Assembly: GCA_030592085.1 (NCBI GenBank)
Contig: JAUUZV010000002.1
Span: 1 to 46,583 of the forward strand
Source of the DNA: Clostridia bacterium
GTDB lineage: Bacteria > Bacillota > Clostridia > DUPQ01
Length of the DNA stretch: 46,583 nt
Direction of reading: 5' to 3'
Positions 17,364 through 26,090 of the stretch are shown one piece after another; the stretch's first letter is position 1; every line of letters starts with the position of its first letter. Below the pieces are notes generated by a model that saw only the letters and a list, made by a program, of their open reading frames with translations, had not been told where the DNA came from and searched no databases. The position numbers were made by a program, and so were the translations under genes.

Positions 17364-19905
17364 AAAGCAAAAACATCCTATTTTCCTAATACTAGCTTCT
17401 CTTATGACTTTTGCTATTTCTCTAGCTAGCATTCAATATACTGATTTAGATTATAAAGAAGTTTTAGGAATAATTCCCATATTGTTGTTATCTTTTGCTT
17501 TTTCTTATATATGTAAACCTGTTTTCAAGAACACAAAGTCTCTATTCCTTTCAATTGGAATATTGTTAAGTACTGGTAGCTTCTTCTATTTTGTTAATCT
17601 TTATAATACTGCTGAAAAAATTGAAAGCTCGTTTTTGTCAGAATTTTTTATCTTTTTAAAAACATTTATTTTCGAGTGGACAGTTGGCTTAAATAAACCT
17701 CTTGAATTTCAAAGAATTATTATGATAGGTCTCATTTTTTTATTATCAATTGTAATGCACTTAACAATCTATCGTTTTAAAGCAACTTTTATTGCTATTA
17801 TTTTATCAACCGCAATATTTACTGCTCAATGGGCTTATATTCACGAAGTACAAAAACTAGCTTTTTACGTTTATCTCCCAACTGTATTTTTATTATATGT
17901 ATTTTTTATACACGGACGTAAAAAAGAATCATTATCAGACGATGTTAAAACAGATGATCAACAGCTAAATACTCTTTTTAAAATTGCTGTCCCATTAATA
18001 TTACTTTCATTATTTATAATGTTTTTATTACCATTAAACAAAAGTGCAATACAGGTACCATGGTTAGATAAAATAATTAAAGAAAATAATTTTAGAGTTC
18101 GTATTACTAAATATGATTTTTTCTCACTAGCAAATTCAGGTTTTTCAACTGGTAGTGGTGAATTAAATTCAAAGGTTCGCTTAGATAATACAGTTGTCCT
18201 TAATATTTATGGGGGGGATCCTATGTATTTAAAAGGAGCTGTATATGATATTTATACAGGTAAACGCTGGTTACAAAGTGAAGATGATTTAAAGTTGACA
18301 TATAGTGATACAAGTAATAATCGAGTACAAGCGATAGATGAATTGTTCTATGGAACAAAATTATTATTAATACCTATTTTTAATGATATGACAGGGTATG
18401 ATCAATTTTACGCTATACCAACATTGTTAACATCAATGTTGGATAATAAACGTTCACCTAATTACACTTTATATAACCCTTATTTTGAAAGTAAAGTAAT
18501 GACACTTATCTACAAAGATTTACAGACACATGCCATGTTTAATCCCCCCTATTCAAGATTAGTTAATTCGTCTCAATCAAAAAATGTGTTTATAAATAAA
18601 GACGAAGTATTCACCAATGAGGAACTACTAGTTAATGGTCAGAAATTCTCCCTTGAATATTTAGATGTTGATTTAGAAAATGATATAACTCAATTAATGG
18701 TAACCTACAGTTATGAAGGCTTTTATTATGACATAGGTCAGTACTTAGACCATTTCACAGCTAATCTGTCAAGGGAACAAGAAGAAGAACCAGGAAACAT
18801 CTTATCCTATGAAGATTTTGAACCTAATTATATATTCTATAAAAATAAGTTATCTGATTTAATGGAGCAGGCTCAATACAACATTATTAACTATACATCG
18901 CTTCCAGATAATATTTCTAACAGGACCATTCAGCTAGCCTATGCTCTTACAAAAGATGCTACTAGCAATTTTGATAAAGTCAAAAATATTGAATCTTATT
19001 TTAAATATGGATTTACTTATACATTAAATCCTATGGTTTTACCTTCAAATGACGAATTTGTTGATTTTTTCATATTTGAATCAAAAGAAGGTTATTGTTC
19101 CTCTTTTGCGACTGCAATGGCTGTTTTAGTAAGAAGCATTGGATTACCTGCTAGATATGTAGAAGGTTATGTTATGCCTGCAAAAACCATTGATGATAAT
19201 TTATATGAGGTAAGAAACAGTAATGCACATTCTTGGGTTGAAGTCTATTTTGAAGGAGTGGGATGGATTAGTTTTGAACCAACTTTTGCTTTTGCCTATA
19301 CACAGGATGGTTCTTTTGAAGGTGATAGCACAATAGATGATAGCCTTTATAGTTCTAATCGTTATTCAGAATATTTAGAAAATCTAGGCGATGACGAATA
19401 TCTTGATTTATATGACCCCACTATAGATGAATCAGAGTTAGATATTCCACAAGATGAGTATACCATTGGTCCAATTAAAGATGATAATACCTCAACCTTT
19501 AATTATCTGATTTTACTTTATATCTTTCTTAGCATAATATTTATTACTTATCTAATAGTTAGAATTAGTAGATGGTATTTATATTCTCATATAAAAAATA
19601 ATAAGCGCTTTACTAATAGATATCAACATATTTTACAAACACTGAAGCGATTAAAGTATAATAGATTACAACATCAAACATTACGTGAATACGCATTAGT
19701 AATTGATGGAATATTCTCTTTTTATGATATCAAGTTTTCTGATATTACTGAAATTTACTATAAGATGATATACTCAAATCACAAAGTGACAGCAAAAGAC
19801 TGTGAGAAATTTAGTCTATTTTATAGGGATTATGTTAAAAGCCTGAAAGATGATGTGGACTTCTTAGAGTATCTAGTTAAAAGGCACATTTTCCCACTTA
19901 TATAA
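17341..19905 (+). CDS. Polytopic transglutaminase-like protein (TgpA-like) with C-terminal DUF4129-like tail
   Basis: N-terminal multi-TM region. Core EGYCSSFATAMAVLVRSIGLPARYVEGY (Cys) and HSWVEVYFEGVGWISFEPT (His). Late TM FNYLILLYIFLSIIFITYLIV. The start could be the in-frame ATG at 17356, which overlaps the DUF58 stop. Confidence 0.85.
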   Translation: MRICIMNKKQKHPIFLILASLMTFAISLASIQYTDLDYKEVLGIIPILLLSFAFSYICKPVFKNTKSLFLSIGILLSTGSFFYFVNLYNTAEKIESSFLSEFFIFLKTFIFEWTVGLNKPLEFQRIIMIGLIFLLSIVMHLTIYRFKATFIAIILSTAIFTAQWAYIHEVQKLAFYVYLPTVFLLYVFFIHGRKKESLSDDVKTDDQQLNTLFKIAVPLILLSLFIMFLLPLNKSAIQVPWLDKIIKENNFRVRITKYDFFSLANSGFSTGSGELNSKVRLDNTVVLNIYGGDPMYLKGAVYDIYTGKRWLQSEDDLKLTYSDTSNNRVQAIDELFYGTKLLLIPIFNDMTGYDQFYAIPTLLTSMLDNKRSPNYTLYNPYFESKVMTLIYKDLQTHAMFNPPYSRLVNSSQSKNVFINKDEVFTNEELLVNGQKFSLEYLDVDLENDITQLMVTYSYEGFYYDIGQYLDHFTANLSREQEEEPGNILSYEDFEPNYIFYKNKLSDLMEQAQYNIINYTSLPDNISNRTIQLAYALTKDATSNFDKVKNIESYFKYGFTYTLNPMVLPSNDEFVDFFIFESKEGYCSSFATAMAVLVRSIGLPARYVEGYVMPAKTIDDNLYEVRNSNAHSWVEVYFEGVGWISFEPTFAFAYTQDGSFEGDSTIDDSLYSSNRYSEYLENLGDDEYLDLYDPTIDESELDIPQDEYTIGPIKDDNTSTFNYLILLYIFLSIIFITYLIVRISRWYLYSHIKNNKRFTNRYQHILQTLKRLKYNRLQHQTLREYALVIDGIFSFYDIKFSDITEIYYKMIYSNHKVTAKDCEKFSLFYRDYVKSLKDDVDFLEYLVKRHIFPLI

Positions 19906-21655
19906 ACTCGCTATCATCTTTGTTCTCAGGAGTAATTTTACTTGTTCCAGATAAATTTCTTGTTTGTCTTCTGAGAATTTCGACAGCTTTTATAATATGA
20001 TCATTTTTAGGTTTCTGTTCATTCCACTCAACCCAATAATCCCTTGTATAACTATCAGGTTTTATCTCTGGTATATCTAATAGTATTTTACTAGGCATTA
20101 AAATAGCATCTCCAAAAACCATGGCTTCACCAATTCCTAGTAGGGGTAACATATCTACAATTCCTTCTAATGATTCAGGAATTAAACTTTTCACCATTTC
20201 TCTGTCACGCTCATTAGTTAATCTCAAAGCAATAAAATTATTACATTGACTTAGTATTGTTCGACTAACATCATATGGTCGTTGGCTTACTACTGTCAAA
20301 GATACAGAATACTTTCTTCCTTCTTTAGCAATCTTTTCAAAATTTTCAAGGGAGCGTTTCAATAAATCATTATCTTTTACCTCTGGTAAATATAAATGGG
20401 CTTCATCACATATAATATTTAAAGGAGTTCTTTTATCACTATCCATCCAAAATTGTACAGAGTAAATTAAACTAACTAGTTTCCCTGTAACAATTGGTAA
20501 AATATCTGTTGGAACTTCAGAAAAATCGATTATTTTAATAGTTTCATTAGTTTCTGAGATACCTAGTAGATTAGCCATTAATTGACCTAACCACTCATAG
20601 TTTTTTGTTTTTTCATGGGGATTAAATAAAAATGCATATCGCTTATCACTCATTTTAGATCTCAATGTGTTAACTAAATCTGTTAACTTTCCTTCATATG
20701 TTCCAAGTGTAGCAGAGCCGGTTGCTCCAGAATATCCTTTTTTTGAATTATCAATATTTAAATTTTTAACTAAATCAGTAATTTCATATGGTATAGGTGA
20801 ATCAATTGTAAAAGTGCTTTGAACGTCACTCTTATTCAGATCTTTCAATGTTTTTTCTTTTAACCTCTCAATATGAGTTGTTAATCGTAAAGATTGAACG
20901 TCCGAATTTTCGTTATCTTTATCAATTACTAGTGATGTAAATTCATTCATTTTTAGCAACCAATAAGGTAGATAGATCGTACTCTCTTTATTAGATTTTT
21001 TGTCTCCAGGACCTGCGATTTTATATCTCTTTGCTACAGCATTTTCCCCAATTGTTAATGGTTTATATTCACCGTGTATGTCAAAAACAATAATATTTGG
21101 AAAGTTTAATTTATTTGCTTGTTGTAAAATATTAGCAACACACCAACTTTTTCCAGACCCTGTACTGCCTAAAATAGAGGCATGTCTTTGAAAAAAAACA
21201 TCTCCATTTAAAATAGCTTTTGCTTGCTCTTCTAAGGCAAATTTTCCAATTACTAATTGATTATTTATGTTAATTTCATAACTTACTAATTTCATTAATT
21301 GGTATAAATTTCGTTTTTCTACTAAGAAACAAGGACTATTGATGGTTGGGAATGTATTAATTCCTCTTTTATAAACATTATTTGTTCCTTTAAACTGTTC
21401 ATAAAAAGTACCAAACAAATTAAGAGAAATATAAAATTTTTGTTTTCCTTCTTTATCTGTCTCATAGAACACTTTGTTAACAACCCCAATAAAAGCTGTT
21501 TTTTCATCTTCCTTAACAATACTTAACAAGTGGCCTACGCTGAATCTCTTTGTAATTTCTAAAGCTATGACTTTTACAGTTAATAAACTTGTTTCAACAC
21601 TAGTAACTTGACCAATATACTCATGCTCAGAGAAATTAAAAATTTCATTTTTCAT
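19898..21655 (-). CDS. herA: HerA/FtsK-superfamily ATPase (DUF87)
   Basis: Walker A GSTGSGKSW, Walker B NIICDEAHLYLP, LTVVSQRPYDVSRTILSQCNNFIALRLTNERD, GEAMVFGDAILMP. N-terminal barrel-like segment GQVTSVETSLLTVKV. I prefer the ATG at 21655 (GAGGGAGAA 5 nt upstream) over 21694. Confidence 0.85.
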   Translation of the reverse strand: MKNEIFNFSEHEYIGQVTSVETSLLTVKVIALEITKRFSVGHLLSIVKEDEKTAFIGVVNKVFYETDKEGKQKFYISLNLFGTFYEQFKGTNNVYKRGINTFPTINSPCFLVEKRNLYQLMKLVSYEININNQLVIGKFALEEQAKAILNGDVFFQRHASILGSTGSGKSWCVANILQQANKLNFPNIIVFDIHGEYKPLTIGENAVAKRYKIAGPGDKKSNKESTIYLPYWLLKMNEFTSLVIDKDNENSDVQSLRLTTHIERLKEKTLKDLNKSDVQSTFTIDSPIPYEITDLVKNLNIDNSKKGYSGATGSATLGTYEGKLTDLVNTLRSKMSDKRYAFLFNPHEKTKNYEWLGQLMANLLGISETNETIKIIDFSEVPTDILPIVTGKLVSLIYSVQFWMDSDKRTPLNIICDEAHLYLPEVKDNDLLKRSLENFEKIAKEGRKYSVSLTVVSQRPYDVSRTILSQCNNFIALRLTNERDREMVKSLIPESLEGIVDMLPLLGIGEAMVFGDAILMPSKILLDIPEIKPDSYTRDYWVEWNEQKPKNDHIIKAVEILRRQTRNLSGTSKITPENKDDSEFI

Positions 21656-21909
21656 AAAGTTTCTCCCTCTTAGTGATTTTATCTTAGGTAACATACAAAT
21701 TATATCTCTATTTTACCAAATTTTCACATGTTTTGCTTATTTTTCGAACATTTCACTGAAGCATACAATAAAGTGATGTAATAACGGAATTAATCTTAAC
21801 AATATACTCATTGTACTTAAATATATTAATATTGTAATGAATTATATTAATTTATCATTAACTATGTTATAATAGTTCTGAGTTTATATTAAAGAGGGAA
21901 GTGTAAAAA

Positions 21910-22455
21910 ATGAATATAGAAGATTATAAACCAAAATATTTTAGAAATACTATTATCACACTACTAATTATTGCCATTGTGGGATCTTTTTCATATTTTG
22001 TTATCATACGAAAAATTAACTATAATTTAGGCGAAAGATACTATTTAGCACGATTATATCCAGATGCTATTAAAAAATTAAAACCCTTAGGTAATTATCA
22101 GGATAGTAAAAGTTTATATATTCGTTCCTTGTATAAGCAAGGCGAATTATTTTACTTTACATATAATTATACAATGGCTATTGATAATTTTGAAGAATTA
22201 GCATTAATACTTCCAGAGACAGAAATTTTAGTGATGGATGCAAAGTATATGATGGCTGTTCACGAAGGTGTTAATCAACGATATGATGAATGTATCGCAA
22301 TATTAAAAGAATGTTGTGTGGGTTATGCTAAATATTCTGAGCTTCTCGATGCCGCCAGAGCAGGATACAATAAAGCGTTTGTTCTGGAGCACCGAAATCA
22401 TGTTATTGCTTTAGACTATGCAGAAGTAATTGGATATTACTTAAATTCCAAGTAA
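21910..22455 (+). CDS. Membrane-anchored helical (TPR-like) protein, unknown function
   Basis: Good RBS (AGAGGGAAG). Upstream extended -10 TGTTATAAT (21865-21873). One N-terminal TM (TIITLLIIAIVGSFSYFVII), with the rest predicted helical. Confidence 0.55.
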   Translation: MNIEDYKPKYFRNTIITLLIIAIVGSFSYFVIIRKINYNLGERYYLARLYPDAIKKLKPLGNYQDSKSLYIRSLYKQGELFYFTYNYTMAIDNFEELALILPETEILVMDAKYMMAVHEGVNQRYDECIAILKECCVGYAKYSELLDAARAGYNKAFVLEHRNHVIALDYAEVIGYYLNSK

Positions 22456-25400
22456 ACTGAGTTACCTGGTACTATTACACTATGTGAATAGTATAAGGTT
22501 GATACCGAAAAGTAGTAACTAACTCCTTCTGTTAATTTTGATAAATAACTACTGTCTACTAACAATGATGTTACGTTTCTATCTGTTATCCATGTGATGT
22601 ACCCATCATCTGGATAACTAGGATTTGGATCTGTGGCAGATGCTACAATCTTATAACCTTCAAATCCTTCATGATCAATTCTATCCCAAGTTAATAATAT
22701 ACTACCATCTTCTAGTCTTACTCCTAAAATATTGCTAGCTTCATAAGAAACTACATCCCCTTCATTCATATATTGAAGATAAACAGCATTACCAGCTACT
22801 CTTTGATCTCCATATAATACTGTAACTGAAAAATAATATGAAGTGCCAGGAATTAATTGTTCTAAGAAGGCCTCTCCCACATTTAGTGAGGTATTATTAA
22901 CATCTGTTATATATTTAATGTATCCATCTTCTGGATATTCAGGTGTGGGATTAGTTGCTGATGCTACAATCTTATAACCACTAAAAGCTACATTATCTAT
23001 AGTTTGCCAAGCCAATTGTAAGCTGCCATCCTCTAATCTGACCCCAGCAATTGCACTGCTTTCATAAGTAGAAACTATACCTGTATCTAAATATTGTAAT
23101 CGCACAGCATTTCCTGCAACTTTTTCACTGCTATAAAGAACTGTAATACTAAAGTAATACTCTTCTCCCGCTTCAAGTTGTCCTAAAAAGCTCTCATCTA
23201 CTAATAACGACGTTGTTGTATTACTAGTTATATATCTTATATATCCATCTTCTGGATATTTAGGTGTTGGATTTGTTTTTGAAGCTACCACTTTATATCC
23301 TTGGAAAGCTGAGTCATTAATCTGCTCCCATGTGAGTAATACTTGTCCATTTGAAAGGCGCTGTCCACTTATTGTAGAAGAACTTCCTGTACTTGGTGGT
23401 ATAACTTGTGTATCTAAATACTGTAACCTGACAGCATTACCTGCGACCTTCTCATTTGTATATAACACTGTAATACTAAAGTAATACTCTTCTCCTGCTT
23501 CAAGCTGTCCTAAGAAACTCTCATCTACTAATAGAGATGTTGTTGTATTACTAGTTATATATCTTATATATCCATCTTCTGGATATTTAGGAGTTGGATT
23601 TGTTTTTGAGGCCACCACTTTATATCCTTGGAAAGAAGTATCATCAATTTGTTCCCACGTAAGTAATACTTGTCCAGTTGAAAGTCGTTGTCCACTTATT
23701 GTAGAAGAACTCCCTGTGCTTGGTGGTGTTACTTGTGTATCTAAATACTGTAACCTAATAGCATTTCCTGCAACTTTTTCATTTGTATACAATACAGTAA
23801 TACTAAAATAATACTCTACACCGGCTTCTAATTGACCCATGAAGCTATCATTGACTAGTAATGAGGTTGTTGAACTACTTGTAATATATTTAATATATCC
23901 ATCTTCTGGGTATTTAGGATTAGGATTAGTTTTTGAGGCTACCACCTTATATCCTTGAAAAGAGGAACTCTCAATTTTTTCCCATCCTAAGATAATATCA
24001 CCATTACTTAGTCTTTCACCTGTAATTGTAGACGATAAATCAATAGGAGGTTCTGGCTCTTGTTCTTCAAAATACTTAAGATATATTGAGTTTCCTGCAA
24101 CTGGTGATTGGTTGTTATATAGTACTGTTATGCTGAAATAATAGGAAGTTCCTAATGATAATTTACCTAGGTATTCGTTTCCAACATCAACCGAGGTAAT
24201 ATTTTTATCTGTAATATATACAATATAACCATCATCTGGATACTTAGGATTAGGATTAGTTGACGATGCTACTACTTTATATCCTTGGAAATGTTCACTA
24301 TCAATCTTATCCCATGATAGAGATATTGATCCATCATAATTTCTTTGACCTGTAATATTACTAAAAGGAATAACAATTGGAGTAGGTGTAGGTATCGGAG
24401 TTGGAGTAGGTGTTATAACTACTTTATTTGCAACAAATTGTGTTAATACTGCATTTCCTGGAATTACTTGTTGGTTATATATTGCGCTTACACTAATATA
24501 GTAACTCTCCATATCCTCTAAATAACCACCAAAATCACCGTCATTATAGACTAGTTGGTTATCAATTATATATGATGTCATGTTTTTATCTGTTAAGTAA
24601 ACAAGATAACCATCTGCAGAATATACAGGGGTTTCATTGTTTTTTGATATTACAATTTTATATCCTAGAATATCTTCATCATCAATAGCTTCCCAACTAA
24701 CTAAGATATATCCTGTTTGTGAATCTGTACTAACAACAGGTACAATGTATTCTTTTTCGTTAAAAATATCTCCCACTTCTTCTGTGGTTCCTAAAAGCAC
24801 TTCATTAATACTTTTTTCAATAAGGTCAATATCTGTTATATCAACTCCGATTTCTTTGGCTTTTTCTTGAAAAATCTCTTTACCAGTAGAAATTCCTTTT
24901 ACATCAGCACTTTCTTTATTAGCAAGATCACCAATGAGAAATACTAATTTAACTGAATCAGGTTTTATAATATTCTTGACCTTTTCTTCCATCGATTCAA
25001 ATGTATCTTTAACTACAATTTCAGAAACTATTACATAATTTTCTGTGTTAGCATCAATGTATCCCATTTCTTCTGCCATTTGTAGCAGTTCATCTATACT
25101 CACATCTAGCTTTTTACCAATACAGTTTACTGCTTTTAGTAATTCTTTTCCTTCTTCATTCAAACTTCTAACTTCAATAACTTCTTGTGATAAATCAACT
25201 CCCAATTCTATGGAAGGATTAATATCCAGAGAGTAGATAGCAGCCGTTTCTCCTGAAACCATAGGTTGTCCCATACTTGCATTCAAAAACATCACTACTG
25301 CAAATACAATAGCTATTACAGCAACTAAGCTACTTGCTAATGTTGGCATCCAATTTATATTGGATCTCTTGTTTCGTTGCTCGGTAGCAGCTCTTGCTAA

Positions 25401-25487
25401 CATTTTTGTTTTATGTAATAACTGAGAAGAAGGGATAATTTCTAAGTTTTTTAAAGTATCAAGTTTTTTATCAATATTATATGACAT
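22437..25487 (-). CDS. Single-pass anti-sigma factor with RsgI-like juxtamembrane module and seven FN3-like repeats
   Basis: 11-nt overlap with the ECF sigma gene. About 46 aa cytoplasmic, then a TM (aa ~47-69). LDINPSIELGVD...VIEVRSLNEEGKELL resembles the RsgI middle domain. Pro/Thr linker TPTPTPIPTPTPIVIP. Seven repeats of about 100-110 aa with pattern LxW..I....FxGYK.V.S....P.YP.DGY..YIT...........G..YYFS.TVLY. Confidence 0.75.
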   Translation of the reverse strand: MSYNIDKKLDTLKNLEIIPSSQLLHKTKMLARAATEQRNKRSNINWMPTLASSLVAVIAIVFAVVMFLNASMGQPMVSGETAAIYSLDINPSIELGVDLSQEVIEVRSLNEEGKELLKAVNCIGKKLDVSIDELLQMAEEMGYIDANTENYVIVSEIVVKDTFESMEEKVKNIIKPDSVKLVFLIGDLANKESADVKGISTGKEIFQEKAKEIGVDITDIDLIEKSINEVLLGTTEEVGDIFNEKEYIVPVVSTDSQTGYILVSWEAIDDEDILGYKIVISKNNETPVYSADGYLVYLTDKNMTSYIIDNQLVYNDGDFGGYLEDMESYYISVSAIYNQQVIPGNAVLTQFVANKVVITPTPTPIPTPTPIVIPFSNITGQRNYDGSISLSWDKIDSEHFQGYKVVASSTNPNPKYPDDGYIVYITDKNITSVDVGNEYLGKLSLGTSYYFSITVLYNNQSPVAGNSIYLKYFEEQEPEPPIDLSSTITGERLSNGDIILGWEKIESSSFQGYKVVASKTNPNPKYPEDGYIKYITSSSTTSLLVNDSFMGQLEAGVEYYFSITVLYTNEKVAGNAIRLQYLDTQVTPPSTGSSSTISGQRLSTGQVLLTWEQIDDTSFQGYKVVASKTNPTPKYPEDGYIRYITSNTTTSLLVDESFLGQLEAGEEYYFSITVLYTNEKVAGNAVRLQYLDTQVIPPSTGSSSTISGQRLSNGQVLLTWEQINDSAFQGYKVVASKTNPTPKYPEDGYIRYITSNTTTSLLVDESFLGQLEAGEEYYFSITVLYSSEKVAGNAVRLQYLDTGIVSTYESSAIAGVRLEDGSLQLAWQTIDNVAFSGYKIVASATNPTPEYPEDGYIKYITDVNNTSLNVGEAFLEQLIPGTSYYFSVTVLYGDQRVAGNAVYLQYMNEGDVVSYEASNILGVRLEDGSILLTWDRIDHEGFEGYKIVASATDPNPSYPDDGYITWITDRNVTSLLVDSSYLSKLTEGVSYYFSVSTLYYSHSVIVPGNSVYLEFK
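22440..24749 (-). repeat. In-frame tandem array of seven ~300-330-nt FN3-like domain repeats
   Basis: Repeat boundaries read from the protein at aa ~247, 375, 485, 594, 703, 810 and 917. Inner copies are much more similar to each other than outer ones. Confidence 0.85.
23061..23708 (-). repeat. Two adjacent near-identical 327-nt repeat units (repeats 4 and 5 of the array)
   Basis: The period is 327 nt. Roughly 90% identical by eye, including a perfect 53-nt match (23212-23264 vs 23539-23591). Confidence 0.85.
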
Positions 25488-26034
25488 TGTAATTCACCTC
25501 CATAGTTTCTTTTAATTTTTGCTTTCCTTTACTAATTCTAGATTTCACCGTACCCATGGAAATATCCATGACCTCAGCAATCTTTTGGTATTGCATACCA
25601 TCAAAGTAAAACAAAATGAGGGGAATCCTGTAATGGTCTTTTAGTGAATAAAGATTTTCCATCATGTAATTTACCAGTTCTTTTTGCACAAGAATATTTT
25701 CACTATTAGTGGCTTGTACTTTTTCCAAACGTCTCATATACAATTCATCTTCCATTAGTGAAAATAAGTTTTTTTGTCTTTTATTTTTTCTATACTGGTC
25801 TTTATAGGTATTAATACATACCTTATAGAGAAAATTCTTAAAGTTTTTTAATTTGTATTTATGAATATTTTTGATTATTTTTATCCAGGTTTCCTGAAAG
25901 AGATCATCTGCTTCAAAATTATTCTTCACAAGATTAAAGCATAGTTTGTATAAAGGTCTTGAGTACCTTTCAATCAGTAAATCAAGGGATTCATCTTTTC
26001 CATCAAGATATTCATTGATTAATATTTCATCCAT
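25477..26034 (-). CDS. ECF-type RNA polymerase sigma-70 factor
   Basis: 185 aa. Region 2 (DDLFQETWIKIIKNI) and region 4 HTH (MQYQKIAEVMDISMGTVKSRISKGKQKL), with no regions 1 or 3. Confidence 0.85.
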   Translation of the reverse strand: MDEILINEYLDGKDESLDLLIERYSRPLYKLCFNLVKNNFEADDLFQETWIKIIKNIHKYKLKNFKNFLYKVCINTYKDQYRKNKRQKNLFSLMEDELYMRRLEKVQATNSENILVQKELVNYMMENLYSLKDHYRIPLILFYFDGMQYQKIAEVMDISMGTVKSRISKGKQKLKETMEVNYNVI

Positions 26035-26061
26035 TGCAAAATAACTCCTCTCACTACTTAC

Positions 26062-26087
26062 AACGAATTATTTTACCATTTGTTCGC
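26062..26087 (-). promoter_or_regulatory. ECF-type (autoregulatory) promoter GCGAAC-N16-CGTT
   Basis: Minus strand: GCGAAC (26082-26087), 16 nt, CGTTGT (from 26065 downward). It lies in the 56-nt gap directly upstream of the sigma gene and resembles GAAC-N16/17-CGT ECF promoters. Confidence 0.5.
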
Positions 26088-26090
26088 AAA

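Noticed and set aside
19898-21655. HerA-like ATPase as a conjugative VirB4/TraC/coupling-type ATPase
   Set aside because: No other type-IV secretion, relaxase or pilus genes are present. The motif layout (N-terminal barrel, QRP...SQCNN block) fits HerA/DUF87 rather than VirB4.
21728-21781. 17-codon ORF (MFCLFFEHFTEAYNKVM) in the HerA / membrane-protein divergent region as a possible leader or micro-peptide
   Set aside because: It has no RBS at a suitable distance and is very short. It is indistinguishable from chance in AT-rich DNA.
19898-22455. HerA plus small membrane gene as an inserted genomic island, suggested by overlapping convergent stops on both sides
   Set aside because: There is no integrase or transposase, no flanking direct repeats and no obvious compositional shift. 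Abutting convergent genes are normal in this window (910/916 and 13207/13210), so the overlaps are not evidence of insertion.
22440-24749. Regular ~300-330-nt tandem repeats that could be a CRISPR array, satellite or mobile-element remnant
   Set aside because: The period is far too long for CRISPR and there are no unique spacers. The repeats are in frame within one 1016-aa ORF and encode FN3-like domains.
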